Below are positions 11,248 through 23,315 of a stretch of DNA of 64,000 nucleotides, piece by piece. Position 1 is the stretch's first letter. Each line of letters starts with the position of its first letter. The notes below the pieces were generated by a model. That model did no database searches. It was given only the letters and a program-made list of their open reading frames with translations, and was not told the DNA's origin. A program made the translations under genes and the position numbers. Where the stretch lies: positions 81,964,001-82,028,000 of the forward strand of contig NC_042997.1 of the NCBI RefSeq assembly GCF_006345805.1. Reading direction: 5' to 3'. Source of the stretch: Octopus sinensis (taxonomy: Eukaryota).

Positions 11248-12490
11248 CGAGAGCTGTTCAATAAGTAATGCCCCTGACCCACTTCCCATCAGTAGAGCAA
11301 CGAAACTTGGCACAGTTATTAGTTATTTTCTACATAGGAACCACCCAGAGTTTTTGTCCCATCGTTTGATGCAGCTCTAGAGACTGTTTTTGTAGAAGAC
11401 CCTAGCTTGGTCTTCCAACCATGACGTGACATCAGAAATCAAGAGTGCATCATCTGGGAAACGCATCCTTTCAAAAACAACTTCATTGCTGGGAAGAAGT
11501 GAAAATCAAAGGGGACAAGGTCAGGAGAGTAGGGGGGATGGGGGAGGAGTTCATAGTCGCACGCCTGTGCTTCTGATCTGGCGACAAGCGAGTTGTGGAC
11601 CGGAGCGTTGTCCTGCAGGAGGAGGATGCCTTTGCTGATCTTGCCCCGCCTCTTGATATTGATAGCTTCTCTTTATTTCCTCAAAAGTGAAGCATAATAG
11701 GCTCCTGTAATTGTGGTACCCATTGCCGGGAAATCTGTCATTACTACTTCGTCCTGGTCCCGGAAGACTGTGAGCATGACCCTAGCCTTCTTTGGAGGAG
11801 GTGAGTCATGCTGCTTCCACTGCATTGACTGGACGTTGGATCATAGTGATGGACCCAGGTTTTATCCTGTGTAATCAGTCTTTTGAAAAATTTGTGATTC
11901 ATCTTCTTGGCACATATCCAAATTCATCCTCGAGCACTCAACGCGTTCTTGCTTCTGGAAAGGTGTGAGCAACCTGGGAATCCATCTGGCAGACACCTTT
12001 TGCATATGCAAATGGTCATGAATGATATTTTCCACAGACCCGGTACTAATCTCGATCTCATGGGATATTTGGCGAATAGTTATGCGTCGATCTTCCAAAA
12101 TGGCAGCCTCAACTTGACGGACAAATGCCTCATCAATGGCAGAAGGGGGCAACCAGATCTGGGAGCTGTTTCCACAGAGTTCCGACCATGTTTGAATTCA
12201 CGATGCCTGCGTTTTACAAGGTCATATGATTGGGCATCATCACCATAAGTTACTTTCATATCATCAAAAGGCTCCCGTGGCGTGCGTCCTTTCAAATACA
12301 AAAACCGGATCACTGCTCGACACTCAACAGGCTCCATTTCACACTTGACTCAGTTCAAACACATGTAAATCAGAAACCACAATTAGTTCACTTAATCTAT
12401 AGAGATATATAAATAATTGCACATGCAAAATTTCAGCTAGATCAAACAACTGCAAGTTGGTCAGGGGTATTACTTATTGAACGTCCCTCG
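11248..12490 (-). mobile_element. Mariner DNA transposon, 1243 bp, defective transposase
   Basis: TIRs CGAGAGCTGTTCAATAAGTAATGCCCCTGACC and GGTCAGGGGTATTACTTATTGAACGTCCCTCG; TA duplication 11246-7 and 12491-2; HTH N-terminus (12080-12337), SARWIPRLL (WVPHEL-like), YSPDL motif near 11520-11540; frameshifts. Confidence 0.95.
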
Positions 12491-13264
12491 TATAGAGTAA
12501 TACGGTTTATTTTTCTTTATCTAATGGAAACATTTCTCGCCTAAAACTAAAAACAAGGCGGTAGCCTTTCTTCTTTCCTGTTTTCTTTCATTATTTTCTA
12601 TCATTAGTGAGTGGCCATGGTGGAGCATTTACTTGAAAGGTGTTAGTCGAACAAGTCGAGCACATTACATTTTAATCCTTTTAAGACTTACTTATTAAGC
12701 AAACCGACACTGGCTGACAAGCAATGGGGGGCATACACCAACAGGTAGACACACACGCACAGAGATATGTACTCACATACACACACATACAACCACGGTA
12801 TGCTTTTTTCAGTTTATACCTACCGATCCACTCGCAGATCTTTACCCTGCTCTGGACCTCGTTTGCGTCAATTGGGTGGGAATATATTTAAATGATTTTG
12901 TTGAGAATAGCACCATTGTTTGCAAGCTTTACAAATAAGTTGCTGAATCATTGTATTTACGATGTGCATGTACTGAATCTGGTACCTCATTTCTATTAAC
13001 AGCTTGAGGATCTCTTAAATGTATTATTGACTTTTGGTATGAATAGCGTCGTTGTTTGTAAGCGTTACAAATGCGTTTCTGAATCATTGCATTTACAATG
13101 AGCCTCGAGTAAAGAGGGCAGGACTGGTTTAGCAGGTAGGGCATGAATACCATTAATATAATACCATAATAGGCCACCATAAAATCACTATTTTGAATTC
13201 TGTCTTGAGTTTTCTCTGTAATGCACACATACAACTATTTCAGCTATTCTCTATCCAACATTGA

Positions 13265-15215
13265 TTTTCTATTAGCCACAAGGTGCCAACAAAGAGGGGA
13301 CAATACAATCTGATTTTGGAGTCAGATGAGCGAATGATTATACAGAAAATATGACATTAAAAATTTTACAAAAATAAGGAAATATAATAAAATTGAATGG
13401 TAGGACAGACCGGAAGACATTACGGATGAAGTGAGGGGTGGGGGTTTAATTCGGTCCTCACGAGCCCCGCCTCGCCACCGATACCTGAGTTACATCCTGT
13501 GTCACATTCATGAGGTTCCCTCCACATGCAACATCCGTGCCACATTCTTCCATCGATTTTGAAACATTTTCACAGTCAGGCATTTTTTCTCTAACCCTAT
13601 TTTCCTTTTAGGTGAAAGTGGTAAGTAATTGAACGAATTGGCATTCGGCGATGAAATTGCCTGACTTTAACCCTTTCAGTCTCGTTCTCCAAATTACCTC
13701 TCTCGCAACTGCTACTACAATGAGAAAACAATTCTTACCTTCTTTCGAAAGGAAATCATAAAGGTCAATTTTACTATACACTCAGTCGATAGCTGTACTC
13801 TTCCTGCACTTCACAACAGTTGTTCAGCATAAACCCACACATCTGACACCTCCGAACATTGAACAATAGCATGCGGGACGGTTTCCCTCTACCGCTCGAA
13901 TCTAGGACAGGTCGAAGGGCCAAAGCCACCATGCCTTGTGGGCTTGTCCCGAACATGTAAGCCTCCTCTGTAACACTGCCATGCAAGATACTTCTGAAAG
14001 TTATCCAGCGTCTCCGGCGCGAATGTACGTTGGAACAGACTGGCCAGCTGATTATCGTCGAGACTTATGGTTTTCCCTAAGATATCGTCACATTCCGCCT
14101 CTACCAGCCCTCTATAAAAGAATGCGTTGGAACCTCCACTGCAGGCATTGCCCGAGCGACGGAATAGCAGGAGAGCCTTGCGACACTCCGTAAACCATGT
14201 ACCCAACTTCGATCTTCGATAGAACGAGGATTCCTGTCCAGTGAAACTAGTGAACTTGGAAAACACCCGTTTCGCCAGCGGAGACCACAGCCGTTCACCA
14301 TTCAGGTAGAACCACAGATGCCTCAAACTCAGCACATGAACAGCCAAGGTATCCCTAGCCCACCTTTTAACGGTTGTTGGTAGCAAGTAGAGCGTTTCAC
14401 AAGCGGTTTCGAGCCCCTCCACAAAAAGGGGAAGAGCTGTGTTTCCAGCTTGTTCAACCACGAATCAGGGCAAGGAACGACGGTTAGGCAGTAGCTGATG
14501 ACCGATGTGATGAACACATTGGCTACCTCCGCCCTCCATTTCAGGGATAGCCACCGCCAAGACCAGGTCTTGACTATGTGGGTCACCCTGCTCGATACCT
14601 CTGTCCAGTTCTTCATTATTTGGAGGTCTGATCCAAACCAAACTCCTAGCAACTTAATCGGACCCTCCGTCCAACGTCCCATGACGCTGTCAGGAGGCAT
14701 CGGTTTGCCAATCCGAGTGCCGAGCTGCAAGCCGACTGACTTTTAACGATTAACTTTTGCTCCTGCTACCGTCTCATAACCTTAATGGCATTGCTTACCC
14801 TCTGTAGGTGATCCATTTCGGTTGCGATGATGGTAATGTCATCCACGTAAGCTGAAACCGACTTTCCACAACCTGGCTGTCTCGGGATGCCGCTCAGTTT
14901 TCGCAGTAATGGCTCAAGAGCCATCACGTACAAAAGCGGAGAGAGCTGACACCCTTGACGAACCGAGCGTTTGATGTTGAACGGCCTTGATAAGAAGCCG
15001 TTCACCCGACCTAGCGAGTCGCTGTTGTCATAAATCTGAATGAACAACATGAGGAAGCCAAGACCCAGGCCGAACAGTGCGAGAGCGGACACCAGATAGC
15101 GATGGTTACCCTATCAAATGCCGTAGATCGTCTAAATGGACCAGTGCTCCACTCTTGCCAGAATCACTATTAAATCCTGCTAAAGTGTACCGTATAAGAT
15201 GGAGATTATTTCTCT
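13265..15215 (-). mobile_element. 5'-truncated degenerate Tx1/L1-clade LINE, same family as 6421-7874
   Basis: RQGCQLSPLLY, SAYVDDITII, MPPDSVMGRWTEGPIKLLGVWFG, WQCYRGGLHVRDK; minus-strand tail ccttgtggctaatagaaaa. Confidence 0.9.
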
Positions 15216-17542
15216 AGCCAACGTATGAGCTAGAGCATTGTTGAAGCGTTCACATAATGTTTGACGAAAGAACTTTCACAACGCAACTAAAATATTAAAA
15301 ATAAAGCTGAAGTGAAGACCATCTTCATAATCCGTGAGTTTAAATGGCAAAATATAACCATTTAAAAGTATCACAATATCTGTTTCAACACACGGTTACA
15401 CGTGAAGAATCTTGCAAAACAAATACATAAAAGAAAATACAATTTTTGCACAAATAGCACGTGCAAATACAACCACCTAGGATGAGAAAACGCACAAAGC
15501 ATGCCCTGACGGGGTCTCATCTGCTATCACACAAACGAAACAAAATATAAATTTGTCAATGAGCGATTTAAAAAATGCAAAATGCATGTTTTGAAGAAAT
15601 GGAAAAAGAGTGCAGGAGACACTGAGAAAAGCAATAGTATATAAAACTAAATGAGTTGAAAGATGTAGATTAGAACGAGAGACACAAGAGGGAAGGGATA
15701 TGGTACTGTAGGGGTAAGATCCACAGAGGAAGAGGAGAAAACGAAACACTCCTCTTTGACGGTACCCATAGCAGTGCTTGGATTTATGAATGCGAAAGGA
15801 CAGAACAAATTTACCAGATTGCTCCAAACTTCCATGTGGCTGTGGAGGGATGAAATCCGATGTTTCACCTGTGTGGAGACACAAATTATCTCAAGACCTT
15901 TTTCCGCACAAAAAAAGAGAGAATAGAGAGCCCCGCCTTTCCCGACACCACCACCACAACAACACGCAGCAACAGCACCAGCTAATACCGCTGACCACTA
16001 CAGCTGCAAAAACAACAGTATCTTTAGCTTTACCAGTAATCATAGCAGCACCGACCACATTAACCGTAACAACAACATGAACAAGAGCAGTGAAGGCAAC
16101 AGCAGCGAACAGAACAGGGAACTCACGAACAACTATGGCTTTCACATATCAGACAGCAGGGAAAACAACAGCATCAGAATTCCCCAATATAAGAAATTTA
16201 TTATCAACAGAACAACGGTAAAAGTCTCCCAAAGAGATGTCCCACTCGTGTTCGTAACAGTCAGACACGTCCTGCGGCCATGGGGACGACGAAGAGCCTA
16301 AATGTCAAAAGTTTGGCAGGTCTGATAAATTAAAAGGAAATAAAATATAGCCATACCAACACAAAATCTGGCAGGTATAATCAGAGCGGAGAAATGCCTT
16401 TGAGAGTAAATATACACGTAACAGCCCCCCCCCCCCCACAAAAGCAGCGTCACCAGTAATGTCAACATCATTCAAATGTCAAACATCATTAACTACACCG
16501 CAATAAGCAAGAACAATAAAGACCTGAAGGAACGCATATATAACCATACAGATAACGCGGCCCAGTTTTATCACACCAACAAACAACGTACCAACGCACA
16601 TAACAGTTATCCTTAGGATAGTCCGTATAAATGCACATGATTTGGGGTCGCCTAGGAAACATAGTCATCTACACAGCAACCTCAGAGCACGAAGTGTAGA
16701 TGCAGTGACTCTCAGTGAAGCTAGACTCTAACTGACAATCGTTCATGCCGATTTTCGGTGATTACGCACATACAGGTGCAGGACAACAAACCTTTTTATG
16801 CGTCTGGAGGTTTTCCTAGGAATTCCTGTTTTAGTGGGCGATTTAAACGCCGTCGTAGAGCCATAGTTCGACTGTGTGGGGCTGACGGATAGTAAAGTGG
16901 GAGATAAAAGCCTCACAAACCTGCTGAGCAATGGGGTCAATGAAATCAACCTACCTCATTTCTCTCAATTGCTGGCCTTGTGCGAAAATTTGAAAGCATT
17001 ATTATTGTTATTATTAGCTGCTGTCGCGTGTAGGACGGATCCGGCTATCAGCTGAATCGATAGTGAAGATTGCCCCGCCAACTCCCTTTAACCGGGAGGG
17101 GCAGCCAATTTTTTATTTATCTGGTGGTTGTAGTGAAAGAGGTAGTGTGGTGGACACGTTTGAAAGGCCTAAAGACAACACTTTCGTCTTTGGCCGAACC
17201 CTCATCAACTTGTGAGGAAAGTGAGGGTGGAGAGGGAAATGTCTTCTATCAAATTTGTTGAAATGTAGGTGGATGTTAGATAAATGGCCAGTGTGAATGG
17301 ACCAATTCTGAGAATACACCTGTAAAAAGAATAAAAGAAGGGCTCTTGCTCAGTTGATCAGGTACCCGTGGCTTTTCTTGCTTTTCCCACGAGTAACCAT
17401 TAAAGAGCCTACCACTATTGGGAGTTTTACTTGTTACTTCTGGATTGTTATTTAATGTTTACATGAATGTGAAAACCCTTTGTAACGTCTGTTGTCTTTT
17501 ATGTATAATTTATATTAGCCCTTGTAGCCCATAAAAGAATAA

Positions 17543-17545
<3 letters not shown>
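15216..17545 (+). repeat. Composite block U, copy 1 (decayed hammerhead, gag-like knuckle, APE piece, SINE tail, LINE-like 3' end)
   Basis: Recurs at 32845-34765, 36430-38450, 58977-60895 and 62700-64000; contains the frameshifted C..CGDTNHLKAF knuckle at 15861 and LEVFLGIPVLVGDLNAV. Confidence 0.75.
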
Positions 17546-17596
<51 letters not shown>

Positions 17597-17610
17597 ATTA
17601 TTATTATTAC

Positions 17611-17655
<45 letters not shown>

Positions 17656-17715
17656 TACTATCATTATTATTATTATTATTATTATTATTTCTATTATTAT
17701 TATTATTATTATTTC

Positions 17716-17753
<38 letters not shown>

Positions 17754-17804
17754 GTTATCATTATCATCATTATTATTATTATTATTATCATTATTATTAT
17801 TATT
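17545..17804. repeat. (TTA)n microsatellite, about 260 bp
   Basis: Directly visible. Confidence 0.97.
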
Positions 17805-18346
17805 GAGTGAGAGAGCAGTGCATGCCATCAAAGTGACACTGGGGTAAAATATACGAAGCCCAGTATACCCATCATGACTACCCGTCTGATAAGTGTACAC
17901 CAGGCACATGCATCACAACCATATATGCGCGACATGGTGATCTCATATGAAGATAAACAGCACATGACCTTGCAGTTGGGGCCCAGTTAGAATTTTCTTC
18001 TGGTCAAGTAACCCATCCCACTCAAATGGTCCTTGAATAAGGGTTGTTTAAGGTTGTTGAATGAAAACCCTATGTTTCCATATGGGAATTATTCAAACTC
18101 AATAGAATCCCTCTCAAAACATGGCTATGATGCTCCCCCACTACTTCCGCTCGTGATCAGAGGTGCACATATCGTCAGACACCTAGGGACATGCTCAACT
18201 GGTTAAGGTCAAAAACTGACAAGCAAAATCTGTGGTATTGAGCAGAAAATTTGCCGTAGCCCATATTTTATACCCAGACAAAACAATGTATATGATAACA
18301 CTTCCAATCAGTTAAGATCAGAAGCCACGAGGGCCACTGCCTGCTA
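17805..18346 (-). mobile_element. Element N, copy 3
   Basis: Shares diagnostic variants and 5' truncation (...gggccactgcctgcta) with N1. Confidence 0.8.
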
Positions 18347-18365
18347 CTTAATATTATTATTATTA

Positions 18366-18396
<31 letters not shown>

Positions 18397-18412
18397 TATT
18401 ATTATTATTATT

Positions 18413-21400
18413 CTATGTTTGACTTTGCTTTATGTCTGTACATGTTGGCTCCAAGTCTCACCCAGAGACCTCAAGAGACAACAGGTTAGAAGTTCACGTT
18501 GTTGTTATGCCTAGTGTGCCATATATTGGGGGGTTTTTTTGGTGTTGTACAAGTGAATGCCTAATACATAAATTAAAAAAAAAAAGAAAGTTTGTATTAA
18601 ACCTTGGGATTACATAGTGAGTATTTTGCGTAGGATATGAGCAGTTCCCATGAGCACTATCTTTTGAATTTCTGCCATTTTGGGGTTTCCTGGTATCTGA
18701 GTTATGTAGCAATCAGTCCCTTTCGCTATCATTCCCAGGGCACCTATGACAACAGGCATTGTTTTAGTCTTCAGCTTCCACATTTTGCTGATTTCTATTT
18801 CAAGATCTTTATATTTGCTCAGTATTTGGTAGGTTTTGACAGATACGTTTATATCGATTGGGACAGTCATATCAATGAGGAGGCATGTTCTTTGTCTGAA
18901 GTCTTTCACTATGATGTCTGGCCTATTTGCATCTATCTTTCTGTCAGTTTGAATGGTGAAGTTCCAGAGGAGTGAGATGTGGTCATTTTCAAGCACTGGA
19001 GGTGGATTGTGTTCCCACCAGTTTTTTCTCATGGGGCAAATTCAGGTTTTTGCAAATTACCCAGTGAATATAATGTGCAGCTCTATCATGCCTGTTGAGG
19101 TACTCTGTAGGCGCTAGAAGACTGCATTTGGAGACAACATGATCAATGGTTTCATTTTGTTGTCGGCATACACTACATGTTGGGCTACTGCCGTTCTTTA
19201 ATATGTTGGCCTGGTAGTTTCTTATTGGTAGGCATTGATCTTGAGCTGCTATGATAAACCCCTCTGTTTCAGATTTTAAGCCAGAGGCCATTAGCCATTG
19301 ATGAGTCAGGGCTTTGTCAATATCTGCATTATTCGTTCTCTTTGGGTATTTGCCATAGAGAGGTTTTTCTTGCCATTTATTATTCAGAATATCTAAGGCC
19401 GCAGTTTTGGCACGGGTTTTCATGCGCCTAGCTTTTTGTTTTCATGTTTTGAGACAAGTTGTAACATCAAGTCCTCAGACTTTTTCAGGTAGGTGTCTAG
19501 GCCAATTGTAGCAATCTTCATTGTTATTGCCATTTGCAAAAGACCACGGCCTCCCTCTTTCCTTGGCAGATAAAGTCTTTCTGTATCTGCCTTAGGGTGG
19601 TGCATTCTATGCATTGTCAATAGTTTTCTCATTTTTCTGTCGAGCTGACATATTTCAGTAATTGACCAGTTAACGATATTGAAACTGTAAGTCACGACAG
19701 GTATGGCTAATGCATTGATCGCTTCGATCTTGTTTCTTGCATTCAGCTCTGTCTTGAGTATTGCTCTCACTCTTCGATAGCATTCTCTCCTGATCCTTTC
19801 CTTCATCTCTGAATGCCTTATTCCGTTCCCTTCAATTTCCCCTAGGTACTTGTAGCTCTCCGCTGGGTCTAGTTCTTTTATGACATTCTGCTGGTCAAGG
19901 TTAACGTTAGATGTTTCTGTCATTTTTCCTTTGATAAAGGTAGCTTTTGCACATTTATCGAGGCCGAATTGCATTCTGATGTCGTCACTGAATTGTTTGA
20001 CTATCGCTAGTAAGCCCTTGAGTTGTTGGTTATTTTTTGCAAAAAGCTTTAAATCATCCATGTAAATGAGATGATTTATATTTTTATCAAACATTTTATA
20101 CCGGTACCGCGCGTCATTGAGCAGTTTTGAGAGAGGTATTAAGGTTAAACAAAAGAGGAGTGGTGACAGTGGGTCACCCTGGAAAATGCCACACGAAAGT
20201 TTTACATCACCAGCATTTAGCGATTCATTGTCACTGTTCAGAGTTAGTGTGGTTCTCCATGATCTCATACTTACAGTCAAAAAGTTTCGCAGAGTAGGTG
20301 CTATCTTATACATTTCCAGGCATTTCCTAATCCAGCTATGTGGTAGGCTATCAAAAGCCTTTTTATAGTCTATCCAGGCTATTGATAAGTTTTTGTGTCG
20401 TTTGTGACAATCTTCTAAGATCATCTAATTGATGAGTAGTTGATCTTTACAGCCGTAGGATCCACATTTACATCCTTTCTGTGCATTAGGGAATATGCTG
20501 CTGTCTGTTAAAAAACTATAAGTATATTCCGTCAGGACAGATGTTAGCGTTTTATACATAGTTGTTAAGCAGGTTATGGGTCTATAGACTTTTGGTTCAT
20601 TTGTTTCTTCACTTTTTGGAAGCAGGAATGTTAACCCATTAACTAGCCAAGGAGGCATCCTACTATGGCGTTGCAAAACATCATTGTACAGTTCTGTTAG
20701 CAGTTCATGACTCTCTGGGAAGGCATTCAGCCAGAAGTTAGGAATTTTATCCTTTCCTGGAGACTTCCATTTGCTTGACCTCCTGAGAGCAGATCTTATA
20801 TCTTCTACCTTGACACCCTCCCACTTTTGCTCTTCTAAGGGGTCCAGTTCTGTAGATATTCTGTCAATCCAGGGGGCCTTTTCGTTGTGTATTTTTTCTT
20901 CTTCCCAAATTTTATTCAAAAATCCCTGCACTAACGCTGTTTTTCCTATCTTCCTGTAAAAATTCTTGGGGTTATTTTTGAATATGTTGTTGTCCTCGAA
21001 AAATCTTTTCATACCTCGCTATGCGGTCAGCTTTGGCAGATACCTTTTGTTTGATGGTTTCTATGGTGGCATCAATATCAAGTATAGTTTTCATATTGTA
21101 TTTTTTCAGTAATTTTGGGGTTTTTGTAGGTTTGGTAGTCTTATGAACCTTAAGGTTTTTCAAATATTCAATGTCAGATCTAAATAGTTTAATTTGTTGT
21201 TGCAAACGCTCTTGCCAAGAAGGCTTTTTGTGGGAATGTTGCCGTTTTCTAATCTTTACACCACATAGGATCGTTGAGATTTTCGCGGATGGATAGTATA
21301 GGTGGTTGAGATTTGTGATATCAACATCATTAGCTGAAATTATATCCTTATGTGCAAGCCGGATTTTACCAATTATTTTCATGTTTTGGTTAGAGTTGCG

Positions 21401-21708
21401 GATTTTAGGGAGTGTATCACGTTCATCCATGCTGGTTTCTTTAATTTTCAGCCATTCAATCATGATTTGATTTTTTAGCTCATGTAGTTCTGTTGGGTCA
21501 ATATTTGTGTGACTTTCTTTATCTATTTCATATTCATCTGTCTTAGTGTTTATGATTGGTTCAAGGAGTATTTCACTTTGCCTATCACTTATACTAACTC
21601 TTTCAATCCTTACTTCGTTTTTATCAGCTCTGGGCTGGTCTATAATTATTTCCTCTGTATTATCATCTCTAGCTGCAGCTTCGTTCATTTTATCCGATAT
21701 TGCTTGTC
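18413..21708 (-). mobile_element. R4/Dong family A copy A2, 5'-truncated, frameshifted
   Basis: ORF pieces 20972-21708, 20425-21012, 19420-20424 (WIDYKKAFDS, GIFQGD, HLIYMDDLKLF), 18989-19423 (CCHC) and 18610-19032 (RPD..KYKDL). Confidence 0.95.
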
Positions 21709-21834
21709 TTATTATCATTATTATTATAATCATCATTATTATTATTATTATTTTTATTATTAATATTATTATTATTGTTGTTGTTATTATTCTTATTATT
21801 ATTATTATTAATATTATTAATATTATTATTATTA

Positions 21835-22129
21835 CGTTTATATATTTGTTTTGCAAGATTCTTGATGAGAAATCATGTGTTGAAACAGATGTAGTTCTAT
21901 TTAAATTACAAAATTTAAAATACAAGATGGCTAACCGTTAGTAAGGAAAGACACACAAATAACAAAGAAGTAAGCAAAGGACCACTGATGAGGTCACAGA
22001 AGTGTGGCGAAAGTATCTGGCCAAATAAGATTAAAATTAATGTAAAAAATAAAGCTGAAGCAAATTAACACCAAATATATAGTGCGCCTGTCATTATTGG
22101 CTAAACTGGCAAAATGACTATCCTAAATG

Positions 22130-22130
<1 letters not shown>
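21835..22130 (+). mobile_element. Hammerhead cassette G, copy 2
   Basis: Homology to G1; TTA-flanked. Confidence 0.75.
21979..22022 (+). ncRNA. Minimal type I hammerhead ribozyme motif
   Basis: GGACCA-CTGATGA-G-GTCACA-GAAG-TGTGGC-GAAA-GTA-TC-TGGCC; stem II fully paired with one G-U wobble. Confidence 0.65.
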
Positions 22131-22172
<42 letters not shown>

Positions 22173-22261
22173 ATTCTTCTTCTTCTTATTATTATTATTA
22201 ATATTATCATTATTATCATCGTTATTATTATTGTTAATATTATTATTATTATTATTGTTAA

Positions 22262-22311
<50 letters not shown>

Positions 22312-22312
<1 letters not shown>

Positions 22313-22619
22313 GTTTATATATTTATTTTGCAAGATTCTTGATGAGAAATCGTTGTTGAAACAGATGTGTTTCTATTTAAATTACAAAATTTAAAATACA
22401 AAATTGGCTGACTGTTAGTAAGGAAAGACACACAAACAAGAAAGAAGTAAGCAAAGAACCGCAGACGAGCTCACAGAAGTATGACGAAAGTATCTGGCCA
22501 AAATAAGATTAAAATTAATGTAAAAATTAAATAAAGCTGAGGCAAATTAACACCAAATATATAGTGCGTGTGTTATTATTGGCTAAACTGGCAAAATGAC
22601 CGTTCCTAAATACAACAAA

Positions 22620-22620
<1 letters not shown>
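22312..22620 (+). mobile_element. Cassette G, copy 3 (hammerhead core mutated)
   Basis: Tandem with G2; core reads CAGACGA and the first stem II pair is broken (22456-22499). Confidence 0.72.
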
Positions 22621-22658
<38 letters not shown>

Positions 22659-22670
22659 ATTATCACTTCA

Positions 22671-23293
22671 GACGTAACACAGTATCCAAAATCGTGATTT
22701 TCTTGATTGAAGATATTGTGTCTACCGGGGGTTTGTATTGTCGGTCACGTTACAACAAGGATCTCAGAAAGACAGTATCTTAAGCAGTATGCGTGCTGTT
22801 CCCAGTAATGCCGTGTTTTGCAATATACCTACATTGTACGGTATTTCTAAATTTTCCAGATATTTATTCATGTTGTTTTGGTTTTGAATTCAATACTCCG
22901 ATGATAATTGGGACAAACTTTATATTTGACTGTCGTAGCTGCCACAACATGGCGATTTCAATTCTCACGTCTCCATATTTATCGATCTCTTCTCTTTCTT
23001 TCATAATATGTTGATCTTGTATTGTGCCTCCTCTGTTATTAGGCACTCTTGTATTTCCCTCCTAAAGGTTACATTGTCCTGCCTTCGGTGCTCTAAGTCA
23101 AAGTCCCAGAGGATTTCTACCTTCTGCTTTTGGTTCTTTACCTTTTCTGGAGTATGTTGATGGCAAGCTCCCATTACCTCGTATCCATACTTCCGGCATT
23201 GTAGCTAGTGAAGGTTCTGCGCTACGTTGTCATGTCTGCTCTTGTACTCTTTCTGCGCAAGACGTTCACAAGCTTGTGAAAGCGGGCATGTGC
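22671..23293 (-). pseudogene. Family E 3' fragment, copy 2
   Basis: Homologous to 8750-9370. Confidence 0.83.
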
Positions 23294-23315
23294 GTGTGTG
23301 TATATATGTATATAT

